The notes under the pieces were generated by a model. That model was not told the origin of the DNA. It saw nothing but the letters and a program-made list of their open reading frames with translations, and did not search any database. The translations under genes were made by a program, and so were the position numbers. From NCBI GenBank assembly GCA_023484085.1, contig JAMDAS010000025.1:1-56146 (forward strand): a DNA stretch of 56,146 nt, in the 5' to 3' direction. The DNA comes from Candidatus Omnitrophota bacterium (GTDB taxonomy: Bacteria > Ratteibacteria > UBA8468 > B48-G9 > DTJG01). This document shows positions 19,698 through 28,707 of this stretch, piece after piece; the stretch's first letter is position 1, and each line of letters begins with the position of its first letter.

Positions 19698-20495
19698 AAC
19701 AATCAAAACAAAAGGTTTATTGGAAATAGGATTTTTTTCCACTACCACGATGGTTTTATAAACGTCCTCTATAGCCTGGTACTGCAGGACTTCTTCAGGC
19801 GTGCCTGTTTTATATACCTGCCCATTGTTGAACATTGCGAGCCTCTGACTATACTCCCCGGCAAGATTTAAATCATGCAGGACCATTATCACGGTTAAGT
19901 GAAAGTCCCTGTTCAGTCTTTTTACCATGTCCAGGACTTTTATCTGGTGCGTTATGTCCAGGTGGCTTGTTGGCTCGTCCAATAGGAGCAGTTTTGGCTC
20001 CTGTGCCAGGGCTTTTGCGATAAACACAAGCTGCCTCTCACCACCACTCATTTCTTCCATGGAGCGGTCTCTAAATGTTATTGTATCAGTTAGTTCCATA
20101 CACCTGTATGCTATGGCAATATCTTCTTTTGCCTCAATAAACTGGAATCTTTTATAATAGGGAAGTCTTCCAAGCAGGACAAAGTCCTCTACGCTCATAC
20201 TGACGGATTCAATCTGCTGGGAAACAACGGATACTTTCCGGGATAATTGTTTATAGTCCATTTCCCATATGTTCCGTCTTTCCAATAGTATTTCACCCTT
20301 GACAGGTTTGATTAATTTTGTAAGAGCGCGGATAAGGGTTGTTTTGCCTGAGCCATTCGGGCCGATAATTCCTATGATTTCACCCTCATTAACAGTTAAA
20401 TTTATGCCATTTAACACAATTTTGTTTCCATATCCGCAGGTCAGGGCATTTATCTCAAGTAAAATTTTTTCCATATTTTTCTGAAATTCTGACAT
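19632..20495 (-). CDS. btuD: Cobalamin/Fe-siderophore ABC transporter ATP-binding subunit (BtuD/FepC-like)
   Basis: GPNGSGKTT, MSGGERQ, LLLDEPT and VLHDLNLA, in cob-operon context. True start may be the second Met (MEKILL). Confidence 0.85.
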   Translation of the reverse strand: MSEFQKNMEKILLEINALTCGYGNKIVLNGINLTVNEGEIIGIIGPNGSGKTTLIRALTKLIKPVKGEILLERRNIWEMDYKQLSRKVSVVSQQIESVSMSVEDFVLLGRLPYYKRFQFIEAKEDIAIAYRCMELTDTITFRDRSMEEMSGGERQLVFIAKALAQEPKLLLLDEPTSHLDITHQIKVLDMVKRLNRDFHLTVIMVLHDLNLAGEYSQRLAMFNNGQVYKTGTPEEVLQYQAIEDVYKTIVVVEKNPISNKPFVLIVPEEARRNSKGKNKFDKFLRGL

Positions 20496-20554
20496 AAGAA
20501 GAATCTTTTAAATTTAACTCTATCGCCGAGAAGAGCAATCCAGAACTTATTTTA

Positions 20555-21574
20555 TTATATTGATGGTTTTTTTGAAAGAAAATAAACAAACAGGCTTCCC
20601 CCTAAGATTCCCGTAATGACGCCAACTGGAAGCTCCATTGGCGCTATAATCGTTCTTGCAATCGTATCACATATTATCAAGAACCCGGCGCCGCAAAGAA
20701 AAGAGGATGCAAGTAATATTCTATGGTCAGAGCCTACAAATCTGCGGACAAAATGCGGAACAGCCAATCCTACAAAACCAATAATACCTGAAACTGAGAC
20801 CGCGACTCCTGTCAGTAAGGAAGAAAGTATGAAAAGAAATTTTTTTGTTCTTTCAGTATCTACGCCGAGGTGATGGGCTTCTTCCTCTCCGAGAGAAAAA
20901 GCATTAAGATTAACGGAAAAAAGATACGAGACGAATAATCCGATGAGAGATATAAAAACCATTGTTTTTATAAGCAGCCAGTGGGGCTGTTCCAGGGAAC
21001 CCATTGTCCAGAAAATAATTCCCTGAAGATTGGTTACGTTTGAAACAGCCATAACAAGCATGATTAAAGAAGAGGAAATAAAACTAATCATAACGCCTGT
21101 AAGTAAAAGCCCCTGGATTTTTAATATGCCCTTTTTTATACTCAGAAAGTACACAAGAAGAATGACAAGTATGGCGCCTGAAAATCCACATAGCGGCAAG
21201 GAAATATATCCTATTTTTTGTATTAATCCAAGGACAATTCCCAGACAAACACCAAGGGCTCCGCCTCCTGAAATGCCCAGAGTATACGGTTCAACAAGAG
21301 GGTTTTTAAACATTCCCTGTAAAATTACTCCGGCAAGAGATAACGCCCCGCCAACAGCAAAACCAAGAATTATCCGGGGGAGTCTGATGTCAAAAATAAT
21401 ATCATAATTAATAGAGCTTTTTCCGCTTTTAAGAGCCGCAATAATATCCTTTATTGGTATAAACGTGGGCCCTATTGAGAGACAAATCAAGCCAATAGCC
21501 ATGACTATTAAAAATAAACCCGCAATGTATATAATCCACCTTATCAGTTTTTTGTTTGTCATAATGTCTGCCAT
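20555..21574 (-). CDS. btuC: Cobalamin ABC transporter permease (BtuC/FecCD family)
   Basis: IRLPRI, NPLVEPYTLGISGG, GEEEAHHLG, IGFVGLAVPH and ELPVGVIT. Confidence 0.88.
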   Translation of the reverse strand: MADIMTNKKLIRWIIYIAGLFLIVMAIGLICLSIGPTFIPIKDIIAALKSGKSSINYDIIFDIRLPRIILGFAVGGALSLAGVILQGMFKNPLVEPYTLGISGGGALGVCLGIVLGLIQKIGYISLPLCGFSGAILVILLVYFLSIKKGILKIQGLLLTGVMISFISSSLIMLVMAVSNVTNLQGIIFWTMGSLEQPHWLLIKTMVFISLIGLFVSYLFSVNLNAFSLGEEEAHHLGVDTERTKKFLFILSSLLTGVAVSVSGIIGFVGLAVPHFVRRFVGSDHRILLASSFLCGAGFLIICDTIARTIIAPMELPVGVITGILGGSLFVYFLSKKPSI

Positions 21575-23076
21575 GAATTAATGACCCGATAAATATAATC
21601 AACGTCCAAATTCTCTCTTAAAATTTCTGCAAGCCTGTCATACTCTTTATCAAGGTCAAACGTGTTTTTCTGTTTCAGCGGAGAAATCCCTTTCTTTCTT
21701 CTTATGAGATTTAAAAATTCTTTTCTGAATTCATCTGCATCAAAAACACCATGTACGTACGTCCCGTAAACGTTTTTGGATATTGCTCCATCCGCGTAAT
21801 CAACCTTTTTCCCGTTTTTTTCAAAAACAGATGAAAAACTCCTGGATTTTTTATGATAAATGGTTCTTCCATGGTGTATTTCATAGCCGGTAATATTACT
21901 TCCCATGAAACTTCTGGCTTTTGTTCTGGACAGATTTTTTTCTTTTTCCATGGTTGTTTCCAGAGGCAGGAGTCCCAGCCCGTTAATTTCGCCTTCAGGT
22001 GATTCAATGAAATGCTTATCGTATATTTTTTCCCCGAGCATCTGGAACCCTCCGCAAATTCCCAAAATAACAGTATCTCCTGCTCCATAAAAAGACATTA
22101 TTTTATCGGCAATCCCTGATTCTCTGAGAAATTTAAGGTCTGAAATCGTGCTTTTTGTCCCGGGAATGATTATGACATCAGGGTGAACAACGTCTTCCGC
22201 GGTTTTTACGTATCTTACCTGAACGTCTTTTTCAGAAGAAAGGGCATCAAAATCAGTAAAGTTTGATATACGGGGTAACAAAACCACGTCAATTTGAATT
22301 TTTTTATCAGACGTTTCATCAGGATTTTTATGGTTTTCAAAATATACGGAATCTTCCTCGGGTATTTTTACGTCCTTAAAATACGGGACAACCCCCAAAA
22401 CTTTTATTCCTGTTTTTTTTTCAAGAAAATCAATTCCGCTGTCAAGAAGTTTTTTATCCCCTCTGAACTTGTTTATGATAATCCCTTTTACTCTTTGTCT
22501 CTCTTTTTTTGTCAGGAGTTGCAACGTTCCGATGAGCCATGCAAAAACCCCGCCTTTATCAATGTCACCCACAAGTATTACAGGTGCGCCTGCATATTCA
22601 GCCATTTTCATGTTTACGATGTCGTGGGATTTAAGATTTATTTCTGCGGGACTTCCTGCACCTTCAATGACGATTATTTCATAATTTTCCTTTAGCCTGT
22701 CAAAAGCCTTTCGGACTTCCTTTTTGAGTCTTTTTTTTAAATTTATGTACTCTACTGCATCGGTATTTCCTATGGGTTTTCCAAGAAGTATGACCTGGGA
22801 GCCTGTATCGCTGTTTGGTTTAAGGAGTATGGGATTCATGTCCACGTCCGGTTCTACGTCGCAGGCAAAAGCCTGGTTTGCCTGGGACCTTCCGATTTCC
22901 CCGCCTTCTTTTGTGACAAAAGAATTAAGGGCCATGTTCTGTGCCTTGAACGGGCTTACTTTATGCCCATCTTTGAAGAAAATTCTGCATAGTCCTGCAA
23001 CAATTACACTTTTTCCCACACCCGAGCCTGTTCCACAAACCTGTATTGTTTTTCCCATTTTTTTTAACAAAGGCAT
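21559..23076 (-). CDS. cobQ: Cobyric acid synthase
   Basis: GTGSGVGKS, PFKAQNMALNS, EGAGSPAEINL, RISNFTDFD, GICGGFQMLG and GTYVHG. Confidence 0.96.
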   Translation of the reverse strand: MPLLKKMGKTIQVCGTGSGVGKSVIVAGLCRIFFKDGHKVSPFKAQNMALNSFVTKEGGEIGRSQANQAFACDVEPDVDMNPILLKPNSDTGSQVILLGKPIGNTDAVEYINLKKRLKKEVRKAFDRLKENYEIIVIEGAGSPAEINLKSHDIVNMKMAEYAGAPVILVGDIDKGGVFAWLIGTLQLLTKKERQRVKGIIINKFRGDKKLLDSGIDFLEKKTGIKVLGVVPYFKDVKIPEEDSVYFENHKNPDETSDKKIQIDVVLLPRISNFTDFDALSSEKDVQVRYVKTAEDVVHPDVIIIPGTKSTISDLKFLRESGIADKIMSFYGAGDTVILGICGGFQMLGEKIYDKHFIESPEGEINGLGLLPLETTMEKEKNLSRTKARSFMGSNITGYEIHHGRTIYHKKSRSFSSVFEKNGKKVDYADGAISKNVYGTYVHGVFDADEFRKEFLNLIRRKKGISPLKQKNTFDLDKEYDRLAEILRENLDVDYIYRVINSWQTL

Positions 23077-23103
23077 TTTTATTGTTTTTTTTCAGAATAG
23101 TTC

Positions 23104-23691
23104 TTAAAGGCTGTTTATATTTACAATTTTTCTTAATTTTTTATCAATTCTCAGATATACTGTTAAATCAAAAACTTCTTGTTTCTCTTTTTTGCTCATT
23201 AATTGAAACAAATCATTAATGTCGAGGATATCCTTTAAACCACCTGCTTTTAATTTCATGGCAATAAGATATTTTTTAGGTAAGACAGGGATTGGAATGT
23301 TTTTTACTTTAATGGATTCCTTTATGCTTTCTATTTCCCATTTATAATTTGCAAAAATAATATCAATAATCGGGTAAATGTTTTTTTTATGCTGTAATCT
23401 TATAAAATCATGTTTCAAAGAATCTTCTATATCGGTTCCCCTATGAAATTTTATGTTAAAATCTGGTAATTCCTTTAAAAGAAAATCTGTAAATTTTTTA
23501 CCATCAATGTAATTATTTTTATTATCCATTATAACCATACATATATCTATGTCCAAAGATGTTCTTGGAATTCCATAAGAAATAATCGCTTGACCGCCAA
23601 TAAGAGAAGATTTTATATCATATTGAGTATCTGTAGAAAATCTATGGATTTCCTTTGCGATTAATTTTAAGGTAGCATTGATAGATTTCAT
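23104..23691 (-). CDS. Pol-beta-superfamily nucleotidyltransferase (AbiEii/DUF6036-like putative toxin)
   Basis: LIGGQAI..YGIPRTSLDIDI and LIAMKLKAGGLKDILDI. Confidence 0.75.
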   Translation of the reverse strand: MKSINATLKLIAKEIHRFSTDTQYDIKSSLIGGQAIISYGIPRTSLDIDICMVIMDNKNNYIDGKKFTDFLLKELPDFNIKFHRGTDIEDSLKHDFIRLQHKKNIYPIIDIIFANYKWEIESIKESIKVKNIPIPVLPKKYLIAMKLKAGGLKDILDINDLFQLMSKKEKQEVFDLTVYLRIDKKLRKIVNINSL

Positions 23692-23830
23692 ATTCTGTTT
23701 TACCTGTATTGACAGACATTATTTTAATATGTTCCCGCAGAAGTTTGTTCATTGTGTTAATTCGTTCTGAAGGGTTTAATTTTAAAAACTGCTTTACACT
23801 CATTATTTTTTTCTGGATTCTATATTCCAT
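23642..23830 (-). CDS. Small basic protein, putative antitoxin
   Basis: 62 aa, overlapping the start of the nucleotidyltransferase. FLKLNPSERI motif. Confidence 0.55.
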   Translation of the reverse strand: MEYRIQKKIMSVKQFLKLNPSERINTMNKLLREHIKIMSVNTGKTEYEIYQCYLKINRKGNP

Positions 23831-23929
23831 AATTTATTATATCATGAATTATCTTTCACACGTACATAGCGTTTTTTCAGATTTTTGATACAAAAGGTTG
23901 CAAAATATAAGACAATCTATAAATCTATG

Positions 23930-24751
23930 TTATAGGAGGGGGGTTAAGAATTTTTTTGCTTTAAGAATATCTGTTTTTTGCTGTGGTCCTGAAATTTCAC
24001 GTTCAATTGTTAACGCCCCCTTGTAATTAAAATTCTTAAGCTTCTTTATCAGTTCAGAAAAATTCACCCTGCCTTCCCCAACGGGTTTTTCCCTGCCGAT
24101 GTTAACCCCATCTGTAGGATATTCTCCATCCTTTATGTGTACGCCTCTTACGTATTTACCGAGTAAATCAAGAGCATCCACAGGATTTGCCTTGCCATAA
24201 AGCACAAGATTTGCCGGGTCAAGATTAATCCCAACGTTGTTGAGCCCCATCTCCTGAATATCATGGATGGTTCTAAAAAGCGTTGTTGGTGTTTCCTGTC
24301 CGGTTTCAAAATTGAAAAATTGGTTGTTATTTTTTAAATAGCCCACTATGTCGCATAAAACAGGAATTAAACTTCTGTAAAGAAAATTATCCGGGTTTTC
24401 CGGTATAAAACCAACATGTGTTATAACGTCCTGAACGTTTAGGGTTTTTGCAAACCCGGAAGCTTTTTTCAATGTTTCTGCCCTGACGTAACGATATTCC
24501 AGGGGAACGAGTCCAAGAGTCAATGGTCCTTCAAAAAAATTCCATACCGCAGGTCCCGGCCAGCCAGCCCATATTGCCGTTATCTGGACGCCTGATTTTT
24601 CCGCTTTTTCCCTGAGGACAGAGGCATTTTCTTCAGTATATATTTCCGGGTTCCAGCATGAAATCTGGCACGTTTCAAATCCGAGCTCTTTCATCCCGTC
24701 AAAATTTTCCACGTGTTCAAAACTGATTATAACTCCAAGTTTTAATTTCAT
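23930..24751 (-). CDS. Sugar phosphate isomerase/epimerase (xylose isomerase-like TIM barrel)
   Basis: THVGFIP, FETGQE, NLDPANL, VHIKDG and TIEREI. Confidence 0.9.
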   Translation of the reverse strand: MKLKLGVIISFEHVENFDGMKELGFETCQISCWNPEIYTEENASVLREKAEKSGVQITAIWAGWPGPAVWNFFEGPLTLGLVPLEYRYVRAETLKKASGFAKTLNVQDVITHVGFIPENPDNFLYRSLIPVLCDIVGYLKNNNQFFNFETGQETPTTLFRTIHDIQEMGLNNVGINLDPANLVLYGKANPVDALDLLGKYVRGVHIKDGEYPTDGVNIGREKPVGEGRVNFSELIKKLKNFNYKGALTIEREISGPQQKTDILKAKKFLTPLL

Positions 24752-24756
24752 TTATA

Positions 24757-25782
24757 CTATACTATTTTAATCACTTTCCTTTTTTTTATTGAAGTTTTTT
24801 CATAATGGACCAATTTTACTGCTTCAAGAGAGGTTTCCGGCCGGACCTCTTCCACGTTTTTATTTTCTTCTACGCAACCTAAAAAATACTCTATTTCCTT
24901 TTGATAGGCATTTTCAACAGGCATTGAAGGATATAAAGGCTGTTTGTCTTTTTCATATAAACAAAGCGTGGGTTTATTCCGGGAATCGTATAAAATAACA
25001 CCGTTTTCAAACGTTGCTAAAAATCCCATCGTAAATGGAAAATCCCCTTCAGCTATCCATCCTCCCTCTATTGTGCAGACAGGTCCATTTTCATAGAGAT
25101 AATTTGCGACAACGTAATTTATTCCATTGCCTATGGATTTTTTTATTTTACCCCGGGCAAATACAGAGGCAGGTTTTCCCAATAGCCATAGAGCGGTATC
25201 CACGTCATGGATATGGAGGTCAAGAATTGCCTCTCCGCCAAGTTTTGGGTCTGATATCCAACTGTTCCATGCCCATTTGGGAGCAGATGAAAGTCTTGTA
25301 AATACTATGGAAAGAAGATTTCCATATTTTCCTGATTGAATGGCATTTTTCAAAAAAAGATATTCCCCCCAGAACCTCAATACGTGCCCTATCATAAGTT
25401 TCGTACCGTTAGATTTACAGGCATCTATCATTTGTTGAGCCTCTTTCAGATTCCGTGCCATTGGCTTTTCACAGAGAACGTGTTTACCTGATTCTGCCGC
25501 TTTTATCGTATGTTTGCAGTGTAAAAACGTGGGGACACATAAATCCACCATTTGTATTTCAGACTCTTTGAAAATTTCATCTGAAATTGCGGTCGTTTTT
25601 ACGCTGGAAAAATCCATAATGTTCTGTCCAACGTTTATGTTTCCCTGAATATCCTTTCCATTTTTTAATCTTTCAACGTCTCCGTCACATATTGAAAAAA
25701 CTCTAACGTTTGAAAGGTTGTTATAGCACGAATAATGTGTTCTCCCCATAAATCCAAAACCTATTAATCCGACGTTAATCAT
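24757..25782 (-). CDS. Gfo/Idh/MocA oxidoreductase
   Basis: Start MINVGLIGFGFMG after a GGGGGG RBS. GKHVLCEKPM and DLHIHDVD motifs. Confidence 0.92.
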   Translation of the reverse strand: MINVGLIGFGFMGRTHYSCYNNLSNVRVFSICDGDVERLKNGKDIQGNINVGQNIMDFSSVKTTAISDEIFKESEIQMVDLCVPTFLHCKHTIKAAESGKHVLCEKPMARNLKEAQQMIDACKSNGTKLMIGHVLRFWGEYLFLKNAIQSGKYGNLLSIVFTRLSSAPKWAWNSWISDPKLGGEAILDLHIHDVDTALWLLGKPASVFARGKIKKSIGNGINYVVANYLYENGPVCTIEGGWIAEGDFPFTMGFLATFENGVILYDSRNKPTLCLYEKDKQPLYPSMPVENAYQKEIEYFLGCVEENKNVEEVRPETSLEAVKLVHYEKTSIKKRKVIKIV

Positions 25783-25880
25783 TTTCCCCCCTACCAGATA
25801 TTTGATTATTATACCACACAAAATTTTGTCATAAAACAAGAAATTCAGTATGGAAAATACGACAATATATTTGTAAAGTA

Positions 25881-25894
25881 TTTGTAAATACAAA
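25881..25894. promoter_or_regulatory. Candidate GntR/AraR-type operator in the divergent promoter region
   Basis: Palindrome TTTGTA-AA-TACAAA, resembling the AraR box, just upstream of TTGACA (25902-25907). Confidence 0.5.
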
Positions 25895-25938
25895 AAAATA
25901 CTTGACAAATAAAAAATGGTATGATATTTTATTATTAT

Positions 25939-27117
25939 ATGAAACATAAAAAGCAGGAAAATTTCATAGCGCCCTATCTTGAAGTAAAAGAGGACTTGCA
26001 AAAGAAAATAAAAAAGGGAAAAGGTGTATATGCAACTGGTGAAAGGATTCCCTCTGAGATGGAGTTATCACGGCACTATCATGTAAGCAGACCAACACTG
26101 AAGAAGGCTCTTTCCCTTCTTGTATCCGAGGGATACATATTCCAGATTCCGGGCCGCGGAACTTTCATTAATTCCCCGGACAATGAAATCTTTCAGCGGC
26201 AGATTGAATCACGCCGCCAGTTCAAACGGATGAACAAGGGGATTGGGGTTTTGGTTCCATGTATTACTGAATCGCTTTATCCCGGAATTCTGCGCGGTAT
26301 AGAGGATTTCTGCAAGAAAAAAGGTTATCACGTAATCCTCGGGAATTCAGATGCAACATCTGAAAAAGAACAGGAGTATATGATAATGTTCACGGAACGC
26401 GGAGTATCAGGTTTAATCATAGCTGTTTCCTATCAGTCCCATTTAAATCCCTATTATGCCACGTTGAAGAAGTGCAGGATTCCCTTTGTTCTTGTAGACG
26501 TTTCAATTGCCGGGATAGAAGCAGACCTTGTTGCGACCGATAATACAATGGGTGCTTATCTTGGAACAAGACGTCTTATAGAAAAGGGCTGTAAAAACAT
26601 TGCATTCATCTGCGGATGGAAGGAAGTATCAAGTTCTGTGGAAAGATTGGAGGGGTACCAGAAAGCCCTTGCAGAAGCCGGTCTTCCATTTCAAAGACAG
26701 ATTGTAAGACATGGTGAGTTTTCCCGGGAATTTGGCTATAATGCAGCCATGGACGTACTCGCTAAAAATTCCATAGACAGTATATTTTCTGCAAACGAGC
26801 CAATTACGCTTGGTGTATTCAGAGCTGTAGGTGAACTTAGTTCTCAAATTTCTCAAAAAATAAACATAGTGTCTTTTGACGAACCAGACGTTCCTCCATG
26901 GTTAAACAATCCTGTTGTTTTAGTTAGTCAGCCGCGATATGAAATAGGGCAAACTGCTGCGCAACTGCTTTTAGAGAGAATTTCAAAAAAGAATGTTTCA
27001 ATCACAAATTCTTACAAAAGAATTCTTCTTAGTCCGCTGCTACATAACGTAAATACAAAGGAACATAAAGTGGTTTTCTCCTCGCCATTCTTGCGGCAAT
27101 GTTACTACCGGCATTAG
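25939..27117 (+). CDS. GntR-HTH plus LacI-type sugar-binding regulator (AraR-like)
   Basis: IPSEMELSRHYHVSRPTLKKAL..L...G.I...PGRGTF followed by a periplasmic-binding-fold domain (VATDN, QPRYEIGQTAA). The C-terminal tail overlaps the next gene. Confidence 0.92.
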   Translation: MKHKKQENFIAPYLEVKEDLQKKIKKGKGVYATGERIPSEMELSRHYHVSRPTLKKALSLLVSEGYIFQIPGRGTFINSPDNEIFQRQIESRRQFKRMNKGIGVLVPCITESLYPGILRGIEDFCKKKGYHVILGNSDATSEKEQEYMIMFTERGVSGLIIAVSYQSHLNPYYATLKKCRIPFVLVDVSIAGIEADLVATDNTMGAYLGTRRLIEKGCKNIAFICGWKEVSSSVERLEGYQKALAEAGLPFQRQIVRHGEFSREFGYNAAMDVLAKNSIDSIFSANEPITLGVFRAVGELSSQISQKINIVSFDEPDVPPWLNNPVVLVSQPRYEIGQTAAQLLLERISKKNVSITNSYKRILLSPLLHNVNTKEHKVVFSSPFLRQCYYRH

Positions 27118-27740
27118 CAGCTGCAAGGGAAAAGGCAAGACAGAGTGTTTGTCTGAATAATCTGCATCAAATTGGACTTGCTTGCTTAATGTATGCCCAG
27201 GATTACCACACTTTTTATGGAGCAGGGGCTTTCCCCTACTATGGGGCTTATGGTACATGGTCTCCTGTTGCAAATCTTAATCTTTTATATGGTCCATATA
27301 TAAAATCATCTGCTACATTTGTATGTCCGGATGCCGTAATAAAAGGTCTTGACCATGTTGCAACAGGAACATCTCTTACTTCTCTTGGGCCCGGGGAGAC
27401 ATGGCAGGAGATTGGTGGTTGGCCTGACTACGGGGAATATCATGTTTCTTATGCATATTATGGTATACAGTATGGTTCTGCTCTCACAGATGCTGCTAAT
27501 CCTGATTCAGTTTTAGCCGCTGATCAGTCAGCAAAGTATATCTATGGGAAAAATAGTCCGTGGTTTTTTTATTTTGTTGATAACAATGGATATTTTAATA
27601 CTTCCGCTGTTCCAAATCATTCTGGAGGAGCTAATGCCTTATATGTTAGTGGTAACGTAAAATGGGTTCCGAATGGTGACCTGAGAAAAGATATTCAGGA
27701 AACGGATGTAAGTGGATATCATACATTATCCAATCCTTAA
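27099..27740 (+). pseudogene. DUF1559/H-X9-DG prepilin-like protein lacking its leader and methylation motif
   Basis: In frame, [32 protein letters not shown], so [12 protein letters not shown] is missing. C-terminal NHSGGANALYVSG. Confidence 0.75.
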
Positions 27741-27758
27741 AAAGGGGGGGTGAAAAAA

Positions 27759-28637
27759 ATGCGAAATGTAATGCAATGGAATGAAGTCCGCCAGTCCGCC
27801 AATCTTTTTGGAGGACGCCAATCCTTATGGCGGAAAGAAGTGAATAGCAACGGAAGAGCCGCCTTTTCCTTAATAGAGCTCCTGGTTGTCATAGCAATCA
27901 TAGCCATTCTTGCGGCTATGTTGCTGCCGGCACTGGAGGCTGCAAGGCAGAAAGCCAGAGCGGATGTCTGCTTGAATAATCTGAAAGAAATAGGTCTTGC
28001 TTTTTCAATGTATCTGAATGACTGGAATGAACAATATCCGCCTCTTGTGGAAGAAAATGCAGGCTTAGGGCCAAGTTATAAAGAAATAGGTTGGATAGAA
28101 CTCCTTCAGCCCTATCTTCATTTTCAGATTCAATATCTTGCACCAGGTGCCAATGGATTTGGGAGTCCAGGGCAACTTGCTGTTTGCCCGCAACTATTCA
28201 TATGTCCTGCAGTAATGGCAAATTATACTACTGATTGGACAGCCTATTTTGATATCGGTTCTATTTATGGATATTCCGATGCAATAAGTTCGGGTATTGG
28301 CTGGCCTTCTTGGCTCCCTATTAAAGAATCAGTTATAAAAAGTCCTTCAAACCAGGTGGTTGTGGCTGAAGATATATATGGCTGGAGATTTTATTACTGG
28401 AACCAATTTATTGCTGGACATGGACTTGGAATAACTGATGCATATAGTTCCCCACAACAACAACAAACCAGTACAGAAGAAGGTAGTGTATTAATGGCTG
28501 ATGGGCATGTAGAATCCCATCCATATAGCTGGGCCATAGCCACAAAGGGGAATTGGAATGGATATAATTTAAATGCAAATCCAGGTGCTGCATATATGGG
28601 TCCCTGGGATACTTTCTATCATATCCCCGGCACTTGA
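27759..28637 (+). CDS. Prepilin-type N-terminal cleavage/methylation protein, DUF1559/H-X-DG family
   Basis: [34 protein letters not shown] and C-terminal H-X26-DGHVE. SD GGGGGTGA. Confidence 0.9.
   Translation: MRNVMQWNEVRQSANLFGGRQSLWRKEVNSNGRAAFSLIELLVVIAIIAILAAMLLPALEAARQKARADVCLNNLKEIGLAFSMYLNDWNEQYPPLVEENAGLGPSYKEIGWIELLQPYLHFQIQYLAPGANGFGSPGQLAVCPQLFICPAVMANYTTDWTAYFDIGSIYGYSDAISSGIGWPSWLPIKESVIKSPSNQVVVAEDIYGWRFYYWNQFIAGHGLGITDAYSSPQQQQTSTEEGSVLMADGHVESHPYSWAIATKGNWNGYNLNANPGAAYMGPWDTFYHIPGT
27793..27815 (+). repeat. 23-bp REP-like hairpin, copy 1, nested in a related TCCGCCA..TGGCGGA hairpin
   Basis: AGTCCGCCAATCTTTTTGGAGGA is 22/23 identical to the reverse complement of 46393-46415. 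Confidence 0.7.
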
Positions 28638-28662
28638 TAAAAAAGAGGGTTCATTAAGATGA

Positions 28663-28691
28663 TTTGTAAATACTCAGTGAATATTTACAAA
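28663..28691. repeat. Intergenic palindrome GTAAATACTCA-G-TGAATATTTAC
   Basis: Near-perfect dyad. Half-sites recur at 19478, 19591 and 46371. Confidence 0.6.
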
Positions 28692-28707
28692 ATAGGAGGA
28701 TAGAAGA

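Noticed and set aside
23077-23930. Cobalamin riboswitch upstream of cobQ
   Set aside because: No B12-box-like sequence or room for one. The region is occupied by the NTase pair.
25783-26001. 73-aa N-terminal extension of the Gfo/Idh/MocA ORF
   Set aside because: It spans the divergent promoter and overlaps the GntR gene. The Rossmann motif and RBS place the start at 25782.
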